This document shows positions 49,253 to 62,706 of a stretch of 64,000 nucleotides of DNA, piece by piece (within the stretch, counting starts at the first letter, position 1; each line of letters starts with the position of its first letter). The stretch is taken from NCBI GenBank assembly GCA_035221665.1, contig CM069131.1, forward strand, positions 9,486,001 through 9,550,000, given 5' to 3'. Below the pieces are notes generated by a model that worked only from the letters and a program-made list of their open reading frames with translations, did not search any database and was not told where the DNA came from. The position numbers and the translations under genes were made by a program. This DNA comes from Okamejei kenojei (taxonomy: Eukaryota).

Positions 49253-50846
49253 CCTAAAGAACACCAACAAATTAGACAAATCTGAATTCCCCATCACCAA
49301 ACAATGTTGACGTATAGGCATCGTATAATCACGTATAGGAACAGGGAATTGCAAGATATGTTTTCACCAGTATAAGTAAGGGTTTGAAGAAGAATGATAT
49401 ATGATAATCCAACGCTTGCCACAGTTGTACAGGATGCAATTTCTGATTTTAATCACAAGATTTTAATCCTCTGAGCAGTGTGAACATGTGTATCAAATAC
49501 CCACATGGCTTATCATTTGTGCAAACATTTTAATGGAAATATCTGCATGCATAAAGTAAAAATGTCCATTTATCACATACGCTGGGAGTTCTGTTTCAAA
49601 TACTTTTGCAACTTTTAACTAGTGATGACTGCTGGCCTAATTTAAATGAAAGGACATTTAAGTACAGCATTTAGTCATCGGATTATCCCGTGGCATTTCT
49701 TCATTCAGTTAAACGTGTGTATCTTCTTGTCAGTTATCTCCTATTGCTCCTATAATTTCTATCCACAAGGTCAGACTGTTCGACTTTCTGATGTTCTTTT
49801 TTGCAAACTTCCTGATGGATGCACGTTGAGGAAAATGGCAACGTCCAAGGAACGAACCTGAGATTTTCTGTTTTGTGTGACTTTAGAACCATCTTTGCGA
49901 CTGAGAAGAATCGTTCGGAGAGTTGAGCAAGTTGATTAGCCCCTCAAGATGCTGTTGTCAACTATAAATATGAAACAAAACTGCTTTTGTTAAATATACT
50001 CAGTGCTTGCAGTGCAACAAACTCTTAACTGTACAATGAAGGACTTTCAAGGCACTGAGAAAATGTATTCATATTCCCAAGTGTGAAGGAGAACATAAAC
50101 CATTGGTGTCAAGTTTTTATTCTGAAGCCATTTCCTTCTGGGTTCCACAGATATTAAGTTGGCTTGGGTACCCCTCCATTGATACGTGGAAAAATAATGC
50201 TGCCGGACAATTGGAATCAGTTCGCCAAGGGTACTGTCTCCATATAAAGGCGCAGCGGTAGAGTTGCTGCCTTACAGCGCTTGCAGCACCAGAGACCCGC
50301 GTTCGATTCTGACTACGGGCACTGGAGTTTGTACGTTCTCCCCGTGACCTGCGTGGGTTTTCTCTGGCTGCTTCGGTTTCCCCCCCACACTCCAAAGGTG
50401 AGAAGGGAAAGGGTCAAAAGGGGGCCTAAGGGTCAACGTTTCCACAGAGAGGACGGTGGAAGGAGTTGAAGATGGTACTGTAATAGCATTTAAAAGACAT
50501 TTGGATAAGTACATGGATGGAAAAGCTTTAGATGGATATGGACCAAATGCAGGCAAATGATACCAGCTTGGTTGACATGGCCGAATTGGGTGGCAGGGCA
50601 GTTTCCCTGCTGTATAACATTGTAATTCTATTACATCTGACCTACTCTTGAATAATGAGTGGCCTATTTACTGAACCATTGGGACTTCTGAACAATTAGA
50701 GCATTACCGATAACATGTTTGTGTTAGTTAAATAATTATAACTCAGGTTGCACAGTAAAATTAAAGGAAAGGATTTGTTCTTCACCCATGACTGATCATT
50801 CTCCTTATTTAATCAGAGCCTATGTATGAAAAGATATGAAAACGGG

Positions 50847-51150
50847 TGGCATGATGGCACAGCGATAGAGTTACTGCCTCACAGCACCAGAGACCCACGT
50901 TCGATCCTGACTACGGGCGCCGTCTGTGCGAAGTTTGTACGTTCTCCCCGTGACCCCCCGGTGTGGGTTTTCTCAGGGATCTCCAGTTTTCTCCCGCACT
51001 CCAAAGACGTACAGTTTTGCCGGCTAATTGGCTTGGTAAAATTGTAAATTGTCCCTCGTGTGTGTGTGTAGGACAGTGTTAACGGGCGGGGATCACCGGT
51101 CGGCGTGGGCCAAAGGGCCTGCTTCCACGCCGTATCTCTGAACTAAACAA
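50847..51150 (+). mobile_element. V-SINE
   Basis: tRNA head, V-domain, CR1-like tail. Confidence 0.88.
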
Positions 51151-52591
51151 AAAAAAATAACGTGATTGTTTTGTGAACAAGCATGGAACTTGATAATGGA
51201 AGGAACAAGCGGCACACATTAATCTCTGGTGCTATCATAATACGTTTTCTTTCACAGACCTGGAGGCACCATGCAAAGAGAGAATTTTTATTTTTGAATC
51301 CTGCAAGAACCTGCTGCAGGTTTCCCTTTCCAGCCGAGTAGGTATTCTAGACAGACTGGTGACCTCTGACAGATTCAGAGGTACGACCACATGTCCTCTG
51401 ACTGGCTGACATCTAACAGTAATTCTCGTCACTTGGGGCCTGACGCATCCATTGAAAACTGTTAGACTGGTTTCTGTGAATATGCTTCTGTCCCATGATA
51501 ATCCGTTTATGTAAACTAAATTATTCCACCTCCACAAAACCTGCGCTCACCTGACTACATCACCCCTCAAGAATGCCACTTTCTAAAGCTGCAAATTAAC
51601 AATAAACACATTATTGGGCAACGATACTACGTGTTACTGCACACCAAACTACCACGTACTTTTCATCTTGTAAACTTATTGAAATTAATCCCCCTGCCTA
51701 CGTGTTTCTCATTTTCTGCCCACCTACATTTAAATTATTATTCATATTGCAGCACTTGAGATTTTTACTCTGTAAATTTTGTTCTCTGAGATTCTCACAT
51801 CTAGTATTCAACAGCTGCCCGAGAGCCTCAGTTCACAACATGCAGAAATGATTTTTTTAAAAAAAAACGCCTTGCGTTATGGAACTGAGTGTCAGAAACA
51901 GTCTGCCAGTTTTGACCAAATGGATGAACTGCCCTTGCCTGATATGACAGCTCTTGTAGAGAGATGGGAGCTAACTGCCACTTACTGGAATGACTGCTAA
52001 TATTATTACAGCTTTTCTCCCCTGCAGCGAGTTTGTGGCTGTTTTATGTAGATTCCAAGGATCATATCTTCTGTGCTAACCTTTGCTACACTCTAACATA
52101 ATGACACCTTTTGTTTTAAAGGAATTTAGTTTAACCGAGTGTGATTTCTTTTACTAAATACTTCCTTGATCGGTCATTCTGTTTGAAGAAAATAGGGCAT
52201 CTTCCTGTAGTTCTTAACTGCTGCCTTAATATGTGTGTTTCTGAAATCAGATTCATTCAAGCAAAATGCACTGCCGCGCACTTTAAAGTTACAGATGGTT
52301 TAACAGGGGCAAGGCAGAGTCTTGCTGAGGAGACTGTCAAGAGCTTGAAGCCATTGCCAAATCCAAAGCTTCTTCCCCGATCTGCTTGATGGATTGGCAA
52401 TCGTAGGTGAAAGTGCAAGCTTAATAATGAATAGGTACAGCTAAAGTAGACGGCGTCATGCACAGTTGTGCCTATGCTTTAGTTTACCTTGTTCTGGATG
52501 AACACACATGCGTGGTTTAATTCTGACTGCGTGTTTTGGGCTAGGTATTTCTAAATGCATGTTGTATGATCCCTCTCTGCCCTCTTCACAG

Positions 52592-52717
52592 ATAAAGACG
52601 AATGTTCCAAAGACAATGGAGGCTGTCAACATGAGTGTGTCAATACAATAGGCAGTTATGTTTGTCAGTGCCGAAACGGATTTGTACTACATGAAAACAA
52701 ACATGATTGCAAAGAAG
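52592..52717 (+). CDS. TLL1: Tolloid-like exon, calcium-binding EGF2 ([42 protein letters not shown])
   Basis: polypyrimidine tract + cag| acceptor, GTATGT donor; 126 nt, phase 1->1; translated by hand. Confidence 0.95.
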
Positions 52718-53429
52718 GTATGTGTTGGTTCGGCTGCTTAGACAAATGCATTTATTCATTTGATAGATAAAGCACCAAGTGAATTGATGTAATATCTCAG
52801 GACATTAATTCTCAGCTGCCTTAAAGCACAGCATTGCAGCAGGAAATTTTGGGAACAGCCTGGGGATAAGGAAGAAGACATAGTGGTGTTTTATCAGATT
52901 TGATGGTCATTGTAATCAAATGTTAATACTGTTCTCCTCCCCGGATTTATTTGTGATATGCTCAGTATTTCCAGCATTTTGTTTTTATTTCAGATTTGCT
53001 TCAGAGGTTACGGGGAGAAGGCAGGAGACTGGGGTTAGGAGGGAGAGATCAGCCATGAGTGAATGGCGGAGTAGACTTGACCTAATTCCATGAATGGCCT
53101 AATTCTACTCCTATTCCTTGTGACCTTATTTACATCATCTGAATGGGCAGCCCACTTGTGCAGTTGGTAGAACTGCTGCCTCATAGCGCAAGAGACCCGG
53201 GTTTGTTCCTGTCCTCTCTGTGGATGCACCGTTTTCCTTCCACATCCTAAAGACGTGCAGTTTTGTCGGTTAAATGGCTTCTAAAAATGTCCCCAATGTG
53301 TAGGGAGTGGAAGCGAAAGTGGGATAACATAGAACTTGTGAGAACTCATTGATGATCGGGCTGTTTCCATGCTGTATCTTTCCATCAATCTACAATCAAG
53401 CAATATGCAGTTATTTTCTCCCTACAATC

Positions 53430-54355
53430 TACCATCTATCTACATTTCTTCCCACCCTGCCTCTTGCAAAGATGCTATTCCCATCTTAATTCCTTCATTT
53501 TCGCCGCATCGACCACCAATAGGAGGTTTTCCAATCAAGGGACATTTGGGATGTCCTCACATGTTAGTGAATGTGTTTTCCCCCCTTCTGTCATTGATGG
53601 GTCCCTCACACGCCACTCTTCTGTGTCCTGGAGTTCTGCTCTCGCTCCCCCTCTCTCCAAAAGCAATGACAGAGTTCCCTGATCCTCACCTTTCACCCCA
53701 CCAGCCTCCGCGTCCAACACATCATGCTCCGACATTTCCACTAGTCACATCTTCCCATCTCCATCCCTCTTTCCACCTACGGGAGAATCCCTGTGGCTCC
53801 CTGCTTCTCTCATCCCTTGACACTTAAACCACCCCCTCTCCAGGTACCTTTCCCTACAACCACAGGAGATGCAGCACCTGCCCTTATACCTACCTCCTCC
53901 CTTGACTCCATCCAGAGACACCAGCAGTCCTTCCAGGTGAGACAGAGGTTCACTTGCACCTCCTCTAACTTCCAGCTGCATCCTGCGTTCCCGATATGGG
54001 TTCCTGTACAATGGTGAGACCAAGCCTAGATTCGCCGACCGTTTCGCTGAACTCTTGCGCTTGGCCTGCCAAGGCCTAACAGATATCCCGGCTCACACCT
54101 GTCTCTAGCTAACAGGCCGTCTATCAGGGAACTTCCTTGCCTGAGGTCACATGTTGCCGGCCCCAATTTATCCTGTTTTTTACTTCCTTCCAGTTTTTTC
54201 TACCCGACCCTCCCTACTGCATCCAGTCTGAAGAAAGGTCCCGAGCCAAAATGTCACCTATCCGTTTACTCCAGAGATGCCGCCGGACAGGCTGAGTTAC
54301 TCCAGCATTTTGTGTCTAACTTCGGTGTAAACTAGCATCTACAGTTCCTTTTTAT
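53430..54355 (+). mobile_element. Old degenerate Penelope-like fragment (RT C-terminus, GIY-YIG, 3' tail)
   Basis: SSHPASCKDAIP, SFQVRQRFTCTSSN, GETK remnants; decayed hammerhead motif at ~54228-54256. Confidence 0.78.
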
Positions 54356-54399
54356 TACATGCAATTTATTTATTTTTTTCTCCAAAAATTGGAAGCGTT

Positions 54400-54830
54400 T
54401 ATAGAAAGATAGAAACATAGAAAATAGGAGCAGGTGGAGGCCATTCTGCCCTTTGAGCCAGCACCACCATTCATTGTGATCATGGCTGATTGTCCCCAAT
54501 CAATAACCCGTGGCTGCCTTCTCCCCATATCCCTTGATTCCACTAGCCCCTAGAGCTCTATCTAACTCTCTCTTAAATCCGTCCAGTGACTTGGCCTCCA
54601 CTGCCCTCTGTGGCAGGGAATTCCACAAATTCACAACTCTGGGTGAAAACGTTTTTTCTCACCTCAGTCTTAAATGGCCTCCCCTTTATTCTAAGACTAT
54701 GACCCCTGGTTCTGAACTCACCCAACATTGGGAATATTTTACCTGCATCTAGCTTGTCCAGTCCTTTTATAATTGTATATGTTTCTAGAAGATCCCCCCT
54801 CATCCTTCTAAATTCCAGTGAATACAAGTA
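54400..54830 (-). mobile_element. CR1-type LINE 3' end
   Basis: ORF 54573-54827 (YSLEFRRMRGDL..RTRGHSLRIKG). Confidence 0.88.
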
Positions 54831-55412
54831 TCAGTTGCTTACATTGTGAATTGACTAATGTTTGTTCACAGTGAAATGAATTTATCCCTTTAACATTCTT
54901 GGTTAGTACGGGTGTCAGGAGTTATGGGGAGAAGGCAAGAGGGAGAGATAGAGCAGCCATGATTGAATGGCGGAGTAGACTTGATGGGCCAAATGGCCTA
55001 ATTCTACTCCTATTAATTATGACCTGAGAACAGAAGTCATTTATTGATGGGCTTCCGGGGTTAAAAGCGCGTGTTCATTGAAATATCAGTTCTTAACCTC
55101 CTTTGTGGGATTTGTGAGGGACGTAGCACCTCAGGTTTGACAGACCGCATGAATGTCCTTCCGTGGATTGGTCCAAAATAATTTAGAAGCAAGTCCCTTT
55201 TTTTAACGCCTTACAAAGGTGTTGAACTGGATTTTTTAAAGAATTTTCTCTGGTTTTCTTATTAAAACACATGGACATTTAAATGTATGCAATTTGTATT
55301 GTTTTTTAGTTCAAATTCAGTTGGCCAACAGTAGTGATCATTTGTGTGCATTATTTTAACCACAATGGTCAGTGCCTTATCTCCATTCAATAAGAAATCG
55401 AGCCATTCTTGT

Positions 55413-55705
55413 GTGGCACGGTGGCGCACCTTACAGCGCTTGCAGCACCGGAGACCCGGGTTCGATCCCGTCTGTTAGGAGTTTGCACGTTCTCTCTGTG
55501 ACCCAGTGGGTTTTCTCTGAGATCTTAGTTGCCTCGCACGCTCCAAAGATGTAACGGTTTGCAGGTTAATTGGCTTGATGCAAGTGTAAATTGTCCCTAG
55601 TGTGTGTAGGATACTGTTCATGTGTGGGGATCGCTGGTTGGTGTGGACTCGGTGGGCCGAAGGGCCTGTTTCCGCGCTGTATCTCTAAACTAAACTAAAC
55701 TAAAC
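55413..55705 (+). mobile_element. V-SINE
   Basis: Partly deleted head, V-domain, (CTAAA)n tail. Confidence 0.85.
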
Positions 55706-56441
55706 TGGGAAACCAAATAGTTTAAATTGAGGCTAAAATCCAACCCTGGCATTCCCAAGCACTTATACATAATGCCTGAAAACGAATTGTTTAATTTGAA
55801 ATAGGTCTTAGGAAGCCTCTCGATAGTCTTCTGATATGTGATGGGTAATTTTTTTTTGCTGCATGCTTCATCGCATCTGAACTAGGAAGATCTGTAACAG
55901 CTGGTAAACTGCGTGTAACACGCAGCTGAATTTCCACTGTGTTGTCCCAATGGATGGAGATTCCTGCTGGGACTGCAACATAGAAAATCAGTCATCACGC
56001 CAGCAGCAACAACATATTCCTGCCACATTTGCTCCCGAAAAGGACTGATCTGCCGAGGGATATATGAAGTTTGATGCATAGGATGTTTTCACATGTGCGA
56101 AACATGACTGGGCCGCAGATATTAAAGAATCACTAATATAAATAAAATAATGAATTCTTGAGATAATCATGTACTGGATAATACATGAGATAATATTGCC
56201 TATTGTCCATCAAACAAAATAAACATTTCCTTGCTGATATTCAAGGAACAGCTTTGCAGGCTTTTACTCTTGGATTTAAAATTCAGCAGATATTCTGGTG
56301 GCTTCTGCCACAAAGACAGCTGGAATATAATGGAGGGAAAATGCTGTAGTTCATCTAATAAATTGAATAGTCCATTTGGCTTACGTTAATCTTCTGCTGC
56401 TCATTAAAGCTTTGCTCCTGTGAATAGGCTCTGCCGTTATT

Positions 56442-57615
56442 ATAGACAATAGACAATAGGTTTAGGAGTAGGCCATTCGGTCCCTTTGAGCCAGCACCGC
56501 CATTCAATGTGATCGTGGTTGATCATCCCCAATCAGTACCCCGTTCCTGCCTTCTCCCCATATCCCCTGACTCCACTATGTTTCAGAGCCCTATCTAGCT
56601 CTCTCTTGAAAGTATCCAGAGAACCGGCCTCCACCGCTCTCGGAGGCAGAGAATTCCACAGATTCACAACTCTGAGAAAAAGTGTTTCCTCGTCTCCATT
56701 CTAAATGGCTTACCCATTATTCTGAAACTGTGGCCCCTGGCTCTGGACTCCCCCAACATCGGGAACATGTTTTCTGCCTCTAGCGTGTCCAAACCCTTAA
56801 TAATCTTATATGTTTCCGTAGTATACAATCCCAGCCGCTCTATTCTTTCAGCATATGACAGACCCGCCATCCCGGGAATTAACCTTGTAAACCTATGCTG
56901 CACTCCCTCAATAGCAAGAATGTCCTTCCTCAAATTAGGTGACCAAAACTGCACACGATACTCCAGGTGTGGTCTCACTAGCGCTCTGTACAACTGCAGA
57001 AGAACCTCTTTGCTCCTATACTCAACTCCTCTTGTTATAAAGGCCAACATGCCATTCGCTTTCTTCACTGCCTGCTGTACCTGCATGCTTACTTTCATTG
57101 ACTGATGAACAAGGACCCCCAGATCCCATTGTACTTCCCTTTTTCCCAACTTGACACCATTTAAATAGGTAAACTGCCTTCCTGTTTTTGCTACCAAAGA
57201 GGGTAACCTCACATTTATCCACATTAATCTGCATCTGCTATGCATCTGCCCTCTCACCCAACCTGTCCAAGTCACCCTGCATTCTCGTAGCATTCTCCTC
57301 ACAGTTCACACTGCCACCCAGCTTTGTGTCATCTGAAAATTTGCTAATGTTACATTGAATCTCTTCATCTAAATCATTGATGTATATTGTAAATAGCTGT
57401 GGTCCCAGCACCGAGCCTTGCGGTACCCCACTAGTCACTGCCTGCCATTCTGAAAGGGACCCGTTGACCCCTACTCTTTGTTTCCTGTCTGCCAACCACT
57501 TCTCTATCCATGTCAGCACTCTAACCCCAATACCATGTGCCCTAATTTTGCCCACAAATCTCCTATGTGGGACTTATCGAATGCTTTCTGAAAGTCCAGG
57601 TACACTACATCCACT
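56442..57615 (-). mobile_element. CR1-type LINE RT 3' portion (frameshifted)
   Basis: GVPQGSVLGP, FSDDTK, LVRPHLEY..VQFWSP; (ATAGACA)n tail. Confidence 0.92.
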
Positions 57616-57752
57616 GCTTATTGATCACATTACAGTGATTTGCTGGGACTCTGTTTTATGAGTACATTTATTTTGTTATTTATATGCAAAGTGTCTTGAT
57701 TATAACACTGCTCTGCTGATGAACTAATTGGCGATGTTACTTTCTATCCCAG

Positions 57753-57880
57753 CGGAATGTGAACACAGGATTTACAGCGTCACTGGTCCCATCACAAGTC
57801 CCAATTGGCCTGATAAATATCCTAGTCGCAAAGAATGTACCTGGGAGATCTCTGCAACTCCAGGCCACAGAGTGAAGATT
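57753..57880 (+). CDS. TLL1: Tolloid-like exon, CUB4 first half ([43 protein letters not shown])
   Basis: cccag| acceptor, GTAAGT donor; 128 nt, phase 1->0; [18 protein letters not shown] is TLL1-like. Confidence 0.94.
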
Positions 57881-58130
57881 GTAAGTTTATGAATGGAAAA
57901 TGTAATATCTTTTAATATGAGTGCTGGTTATCATATTATACTTCATGACTAAGCTAACCTTAAAAATGTAAATGCCCTGCCACAAAATATTTTCTCTCAT
58001 TTTTCTGTAAAATTTGTAGATGATCCAATTGGTCCACTTGTAAATGACCCAATCAGATATTTTAGAAATTATGGAAAAATGTTAAATGTTTCTGTAATTT
58101 TTAAGATAACCAATTGGATCATCTACAAGG

Positions 58131-59782
58131 GTTACACAAAAAGCTGGAGAAACTCAGCAAGGGTTAACAGAATTGAGAAAATTAAATATTCAAGCCCAAA
58201 GGATGCAGACTCCCCAAGCGGAATATGAGGTGCTGTTCCTCCAACTTGCGGTTGCTCACTCTGGCCATGGAGGAGGCCCAGGACCGAGAGGTCGGATGTC
58301 GAATGGGAGGGGGAGTTGAAGTGCTGTGCCACCGGGAGGTCGGGTTGGTTTTTGCGGACCGAGCTGAGGTGTTTGGCGAAACGATCGCCAAGCCTCCGCT
58401 TGGTCTCACCGATATAGATCATCTGGCATCTGGAGCAGCGGATGCAGTAGATGAGGTTGGAGGAGGTGCAGGTAAACCTCTGTCGGACCTGGAAGGACTG
58501 CTTGGGTCCCTGACTGGAGTGGAGGGGGGAGGTGAAGGGACAAGTGTTGCATTTCTTGCGGTTGCAAGGGAAAGTGCCCGGTGAAGGGGTAGAGTGGGAG
58601 GGGAGGGAAGAATTGACAAGGGAGTTGCGGAGGGAGCGGGCTTTGCGGAAGGCAGACAGGGAGGGGGGGGAGATGGGAAGATGTGGCGGGTGGAGGGGTC
58701 ACGTTGGAGGTGGCGAAACTGGCGGAGGACTATGTGTTGTATTTGCCGGCTAGTGGGGTGAAAGGTGAGGACCAGGGGGACTCTGCCCTGTTTGCGAGTG
58801 GGGGAATGGGGAGAGAGGGCATTGTTGCGGGGTATGGAGGAGACCCTGGTGCGAGCCTCATCAATAGTGGGGGAGGGGAATCCCCGTTCCCTGAAGATTG
58901 AGGCCTATTTGTGATGACCTGGTGTGGAACACCTCATCCTGGGAGCAGATGCGGCGTAGACGGAGGAATTGGGAATAGGGGATGGAGTCCTTACAGGAAG
59001 CAGGGTGGGAGGAAGAGTAGTCCAGGTAGCTGTGGGAGTCAATTGGTTTGTAGTGGATGTCGGTCAGGAGTGTATCACCTGCAATAGAGATGGTGAGGTC
59101 AAGGAATGGTAGGGAAATGTCGGAAATGGTCCAAGTGTATTTGAGTGCCGGATGGAAGTTGGTGGTGAAATGAATGAAGTCAGTCAGTTGTGTGTGGGTG
59201 TAGGAGGTGACACCAAAGCAGTCGTCGGTGTAACGGAGGTAGAGGTCGGGGATGGGGCCATGGTACGCCGAGATCAAGGATTGTACGACGTACCCAACAA
59301 AGAGGCAAGAGGCCAGAGTGAGCAACCCCGCAAGTTGGAGGAACAGCACCTCATATTTCGCTTGGGGAGTCTGCATCCTTTGGGCATGAACATTGAATTT
59401 TCTCAATTCTGTTAACCCTTGCTGTCTCCTCCCCTTCCCACCTCTCCCTCAGCCCTCGGGCCCTGGCATTCCCTCTATCTCTATCGGCCTCCCCCACCCT
59501 AGTCGCACCAGCTTCTCATTTTCACACCACAAACAGCTTACAATGGCTTGTTCCCTTTATCATCGATACTTTTTTGCATATCTTTCATTCATTGTTCTTT
59601 ATCTCTCCACATCACCGTCTATATCTCTCGTTTCCCTGAATCCCTGACCAGTCTGAAGAAGGGTCTCGACCCGAAACGTCGCCTATCTCCTTCGCTCCTT
59701 AGATGCTGCTGCACCTGCTGAGTTTCTCCAGCTTTTTGTGTAACCCTCGATTCTCCAGCATCTGCAGTTCCTTCTTTAACAC
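58131..59782. mobile_element. Young Penelope-like insertion with internal inversion (minus-strand RT/GIY-YIG body, plus-strand 3' end)
   Basis: 15-bp TSD GGATCATCTACAAGG (58116-58130 / 59783-59797); YLRYTDDCF RT motif, YIGETKRR GIY-YIG; strand switch at ~59309. Confidence 0.92.
59653..59680 (+). ncRNA. Minimal type I hammerhead ribozyme motif
   Basis: CTGAAGAAGGGTCTCGACCCGAAACGTC in the 3' end of the young PLE copy. Confidence 0.72.
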
Positions 59783-59803
59783 GGATCATCTACAAGGTTC
59801 ACC

Positions 59804-60357
59804 ATGAGGCAGAGGTTCACCTGCACCTCCTCCAACCTCAACTACTGCATCCGCTGTTCCAGGTGTCAACTGCTCTACATCGGTGAGACCAAGCGCAGGC
59901 TCGGCGATCATTTTGCTGAACACATCCGCTCAGTCCGTCTTGACCAAGCTCATCCCCCGGTGGCCCAGTACTTCAACTCCCCCTCCCATTCCCAATCTGA
60001 TCTTTCTGTCCTGGGCCTCCTCCATTGTCAGAGTGAGGCCCAGCGCAAATTGGAGAAACATCACCTCATATTTAGCTGGGGTAGCTTACACCCCAGCAGT
60101 ATGAACATTGACGTCTCTAACTTCAGGTTGCCCTTGCTTTCTCTGTCCTCCCCCTCCCCCTTCTCCTACTAGTCCCACTGTCTCCGTCCACTTTCTTTCT
60201 TTGTCCTCCCTCCCCTGACAACAGTCTGAAGAAGAAGGGCCTCGACCTGAAAGGTCGCCAATTCCTTCCCTCCATAGATGCTGCCTCACCCGTTCAGTTT
60301 CTCCAGCAATTTGTGTCTACCTTCGATTTTACCAGCATCTGCAGTTCTTTCTTAAAC
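59804..60357 (+). mobile_element. Second, older Penelope-like 3' portion (GIY-YIG ORF + tail)
   Basis: ORF 59804-60172: FTCTSSNLNYCIRCSRC..YIGETKRRL..; degenerate hammerhead motif at ~60226-60257. Confidence 0.88.
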
Positions 60358-61839
60358 CATGAAAATAATGTGGTGTCTACTTATCATTCGAAAGTCACAG
60401 TCTAGTGATATCATTGACACTGCGACACAATGATTTGGGGGGCTGAGTGGTGCCACAAAATCGTCCGTCCAGCAATCGATCCTTAGCCCATGTCACCATT
60501 TGGCCAGCAGAAACAAAGTCAGCTCTTCAGAAATAACCTCTGTTAGAACTCCCCAAAGGCCCGTAAGGAGCCTCCGGGCCTCTTTAATCTAGGTCTTAGC
60601 CCTGATCCCTGATGCTGAGGAAGCTCCACCCCTCCCCTGGGTCTGCAGCTGTGGTCTCCTCTTGCCAAAGTACAACTCCCACACAGCAACCAGTTAATGG
60701 GTCTGGACACATTTCAAATGGACTCAGATGTAGAATTGCAGAGCAGATCAGCAGGGCCTCCAGACCCCAGAACATTTCAGATAAAACAGGCATCCCCACC
60801 TTGGATTAAGCTTAAAATCTATGTTTCCGTACGACTTGACTCAAAAGTGCTAGTTCACTTTCGCATTGCGAGATGCTACTGACCCTTTTGTGGCGATGAA
60901 ATACAGCTGGGATGCGAACCACCAACTGGAAATGTCATCAATCTTCGCACCTCCTGTTCATTTTACTTAAACGTAGAAAGCACTAAACAGCGTCTTCACA
61001 CTTAAAACAAAACAATTTAAAAAAAATTATGACTACAAGAAAGCTGAAGTCACATCAAGGGATTTGAAAGTTCTGTAAACTGCGGAAATACTCTGCTGGG
61101 CATTGAACGTACAAAGTGTTAAGCAGAAGCTACCCTCTCTCTAATGTCACAGACAGAAAGGAAGTTCCCACCCATCGCGAGCCTCACTGAAGCATCTGCA
61201 ATCCACCAGCTTTTGATGGTGATGTTTCCCAGAGCAAAAACACTACCACAATGTGCAAAGAATTACTGAGAAATAAACTCATTGCATACAAATAGACAGA
61301 TATTTGGTATTTGTCCAAAGCTGTACTTATCTGAACTCTATTTCCTTAATTTGAAAACAATCTTACGTGACTAGTGAAGGTTTGTTTCATAAGATCATAA
61401 GTGACAGGAGTACACATAGGCCATTCGATCCATCAAGTCTACTCCACCATTCAATCACCTGATCTATCTCTCCCTCCTAACCCCATTCTCCTGCCATCTA
61501 CCCATAACCTCTGACACCTGATATAAATTCATGATACAAATTCCACTCACTACCTGTTTTGATTATCCATAAAATACAATAGCAGATTCCATTCTATGCA
61601 ACTTTATGTTAACAATTGAATTTTTAAATGACGTTTACATACTTAAAGTAAATTCAGTAGATACTGTAGAGAAGTTGCTCTTCAAAGGCTCTTAATATAT
61701 AGGACAAATCTATGGTGAATCTAGCTGGGTCCAATGGAATGAAACTCAATTTCTTTGTAGCAAATGATTCACAGTGTATTAATTCCATGTTGTATTTTAC
61801 TGCTTTTTACATTTTATTGCATCTTTAATCTGTTCCTAA

Positions 61840-62706
61840 AGGGCCTGTCCCACTGCGGCGATCTAATTTGCGAGTTTAGAAGAGGTTGCTCTCGACTCAT
61901 ACTCGCAGCATGGTCGACACGAGGTCCTAGGAGGTCTTTGTAACTCTCCTTCATGCTCGAGATTAGTCCCCTCGTACTCAAGGCCTCATCTAGGTCGCGG
62001 TGTTGTTTTTCAACATGCTGAAAAATGCCTGCAAGTAAAAAAATGGTCACCATGGAAAAAAAATATATATTTTTTTAAACTCGTAGGTTTAGTCGAGGTA
62101 GGCCATAGTAGGTTGTAATGCTATCGTAGGTAGTTGAAGGCAATCGAAGACAATTGAAGGTAGTCGAAGGTAAAGCTTGTTGAGGAAAAAAAGGTAAGTA
62201 AACCGACCGGTAATGTTAAATGCCCGCTAAACTTTATTAAATGTTGTCCGGCTTCTTAAAAGTGTCCCCCCCCCCCCCTTTTCTCAAGTCTCCGTGCTCT
62301 CTAAAGGACTTTTTTTAGCCGTCTTTTACCTTCCTCTTCATCGAGGGTATGAATTTCAGACAGCGCTCCCCCGCTTTCCCTGGCCCCCGCGTGTGTGTGT
62401 CTGCGTGTGTGTGTCCGCGTGTGTGTGTCTGCGTGTGTATGTGTCCGCACATATGTGTGTGTGTCCACGTGTGTGTGTGTCCGCGTGTGTGTGTGTGTCT
62501 GCGTGTATGTCCGCGTGTGTGTCCGCGCGTGTGTGTGTGTCCGCGTGTGTGTGTGTGTCCGCGTGTGTGTGTCCGCGCGCCTGTGTGTGTGTGTTCGATC
62601 CGGCTCGCGGTTTCATCGCTGACGGTCGATCCAGCTCGAGGTTTTCCAGACGAGTGCCCTCGAGCTTGAAGGTCGAAGGTGAAGTTGCGTTCGTGGGACA
62701 GGCTCT
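61840..62706. mobile_element. PIF/Harbinger-like non-autonomous element with expanded GT-rich microsatellite
   Basis: TAA TSD (61837-61839 / 62707-62709); TIRs AGGGCCTGTCCCAC / GTGGGACAGGCTCT; homologous (inverted) to 36676-37167. Confidence 0.87.
62388..62594 (+). repeat. Compound microsatellite (GT)n-CCGC/CTGC
   Basis: Repeated GTGTGTGT(C)CGC units. Confidence 0.95.
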
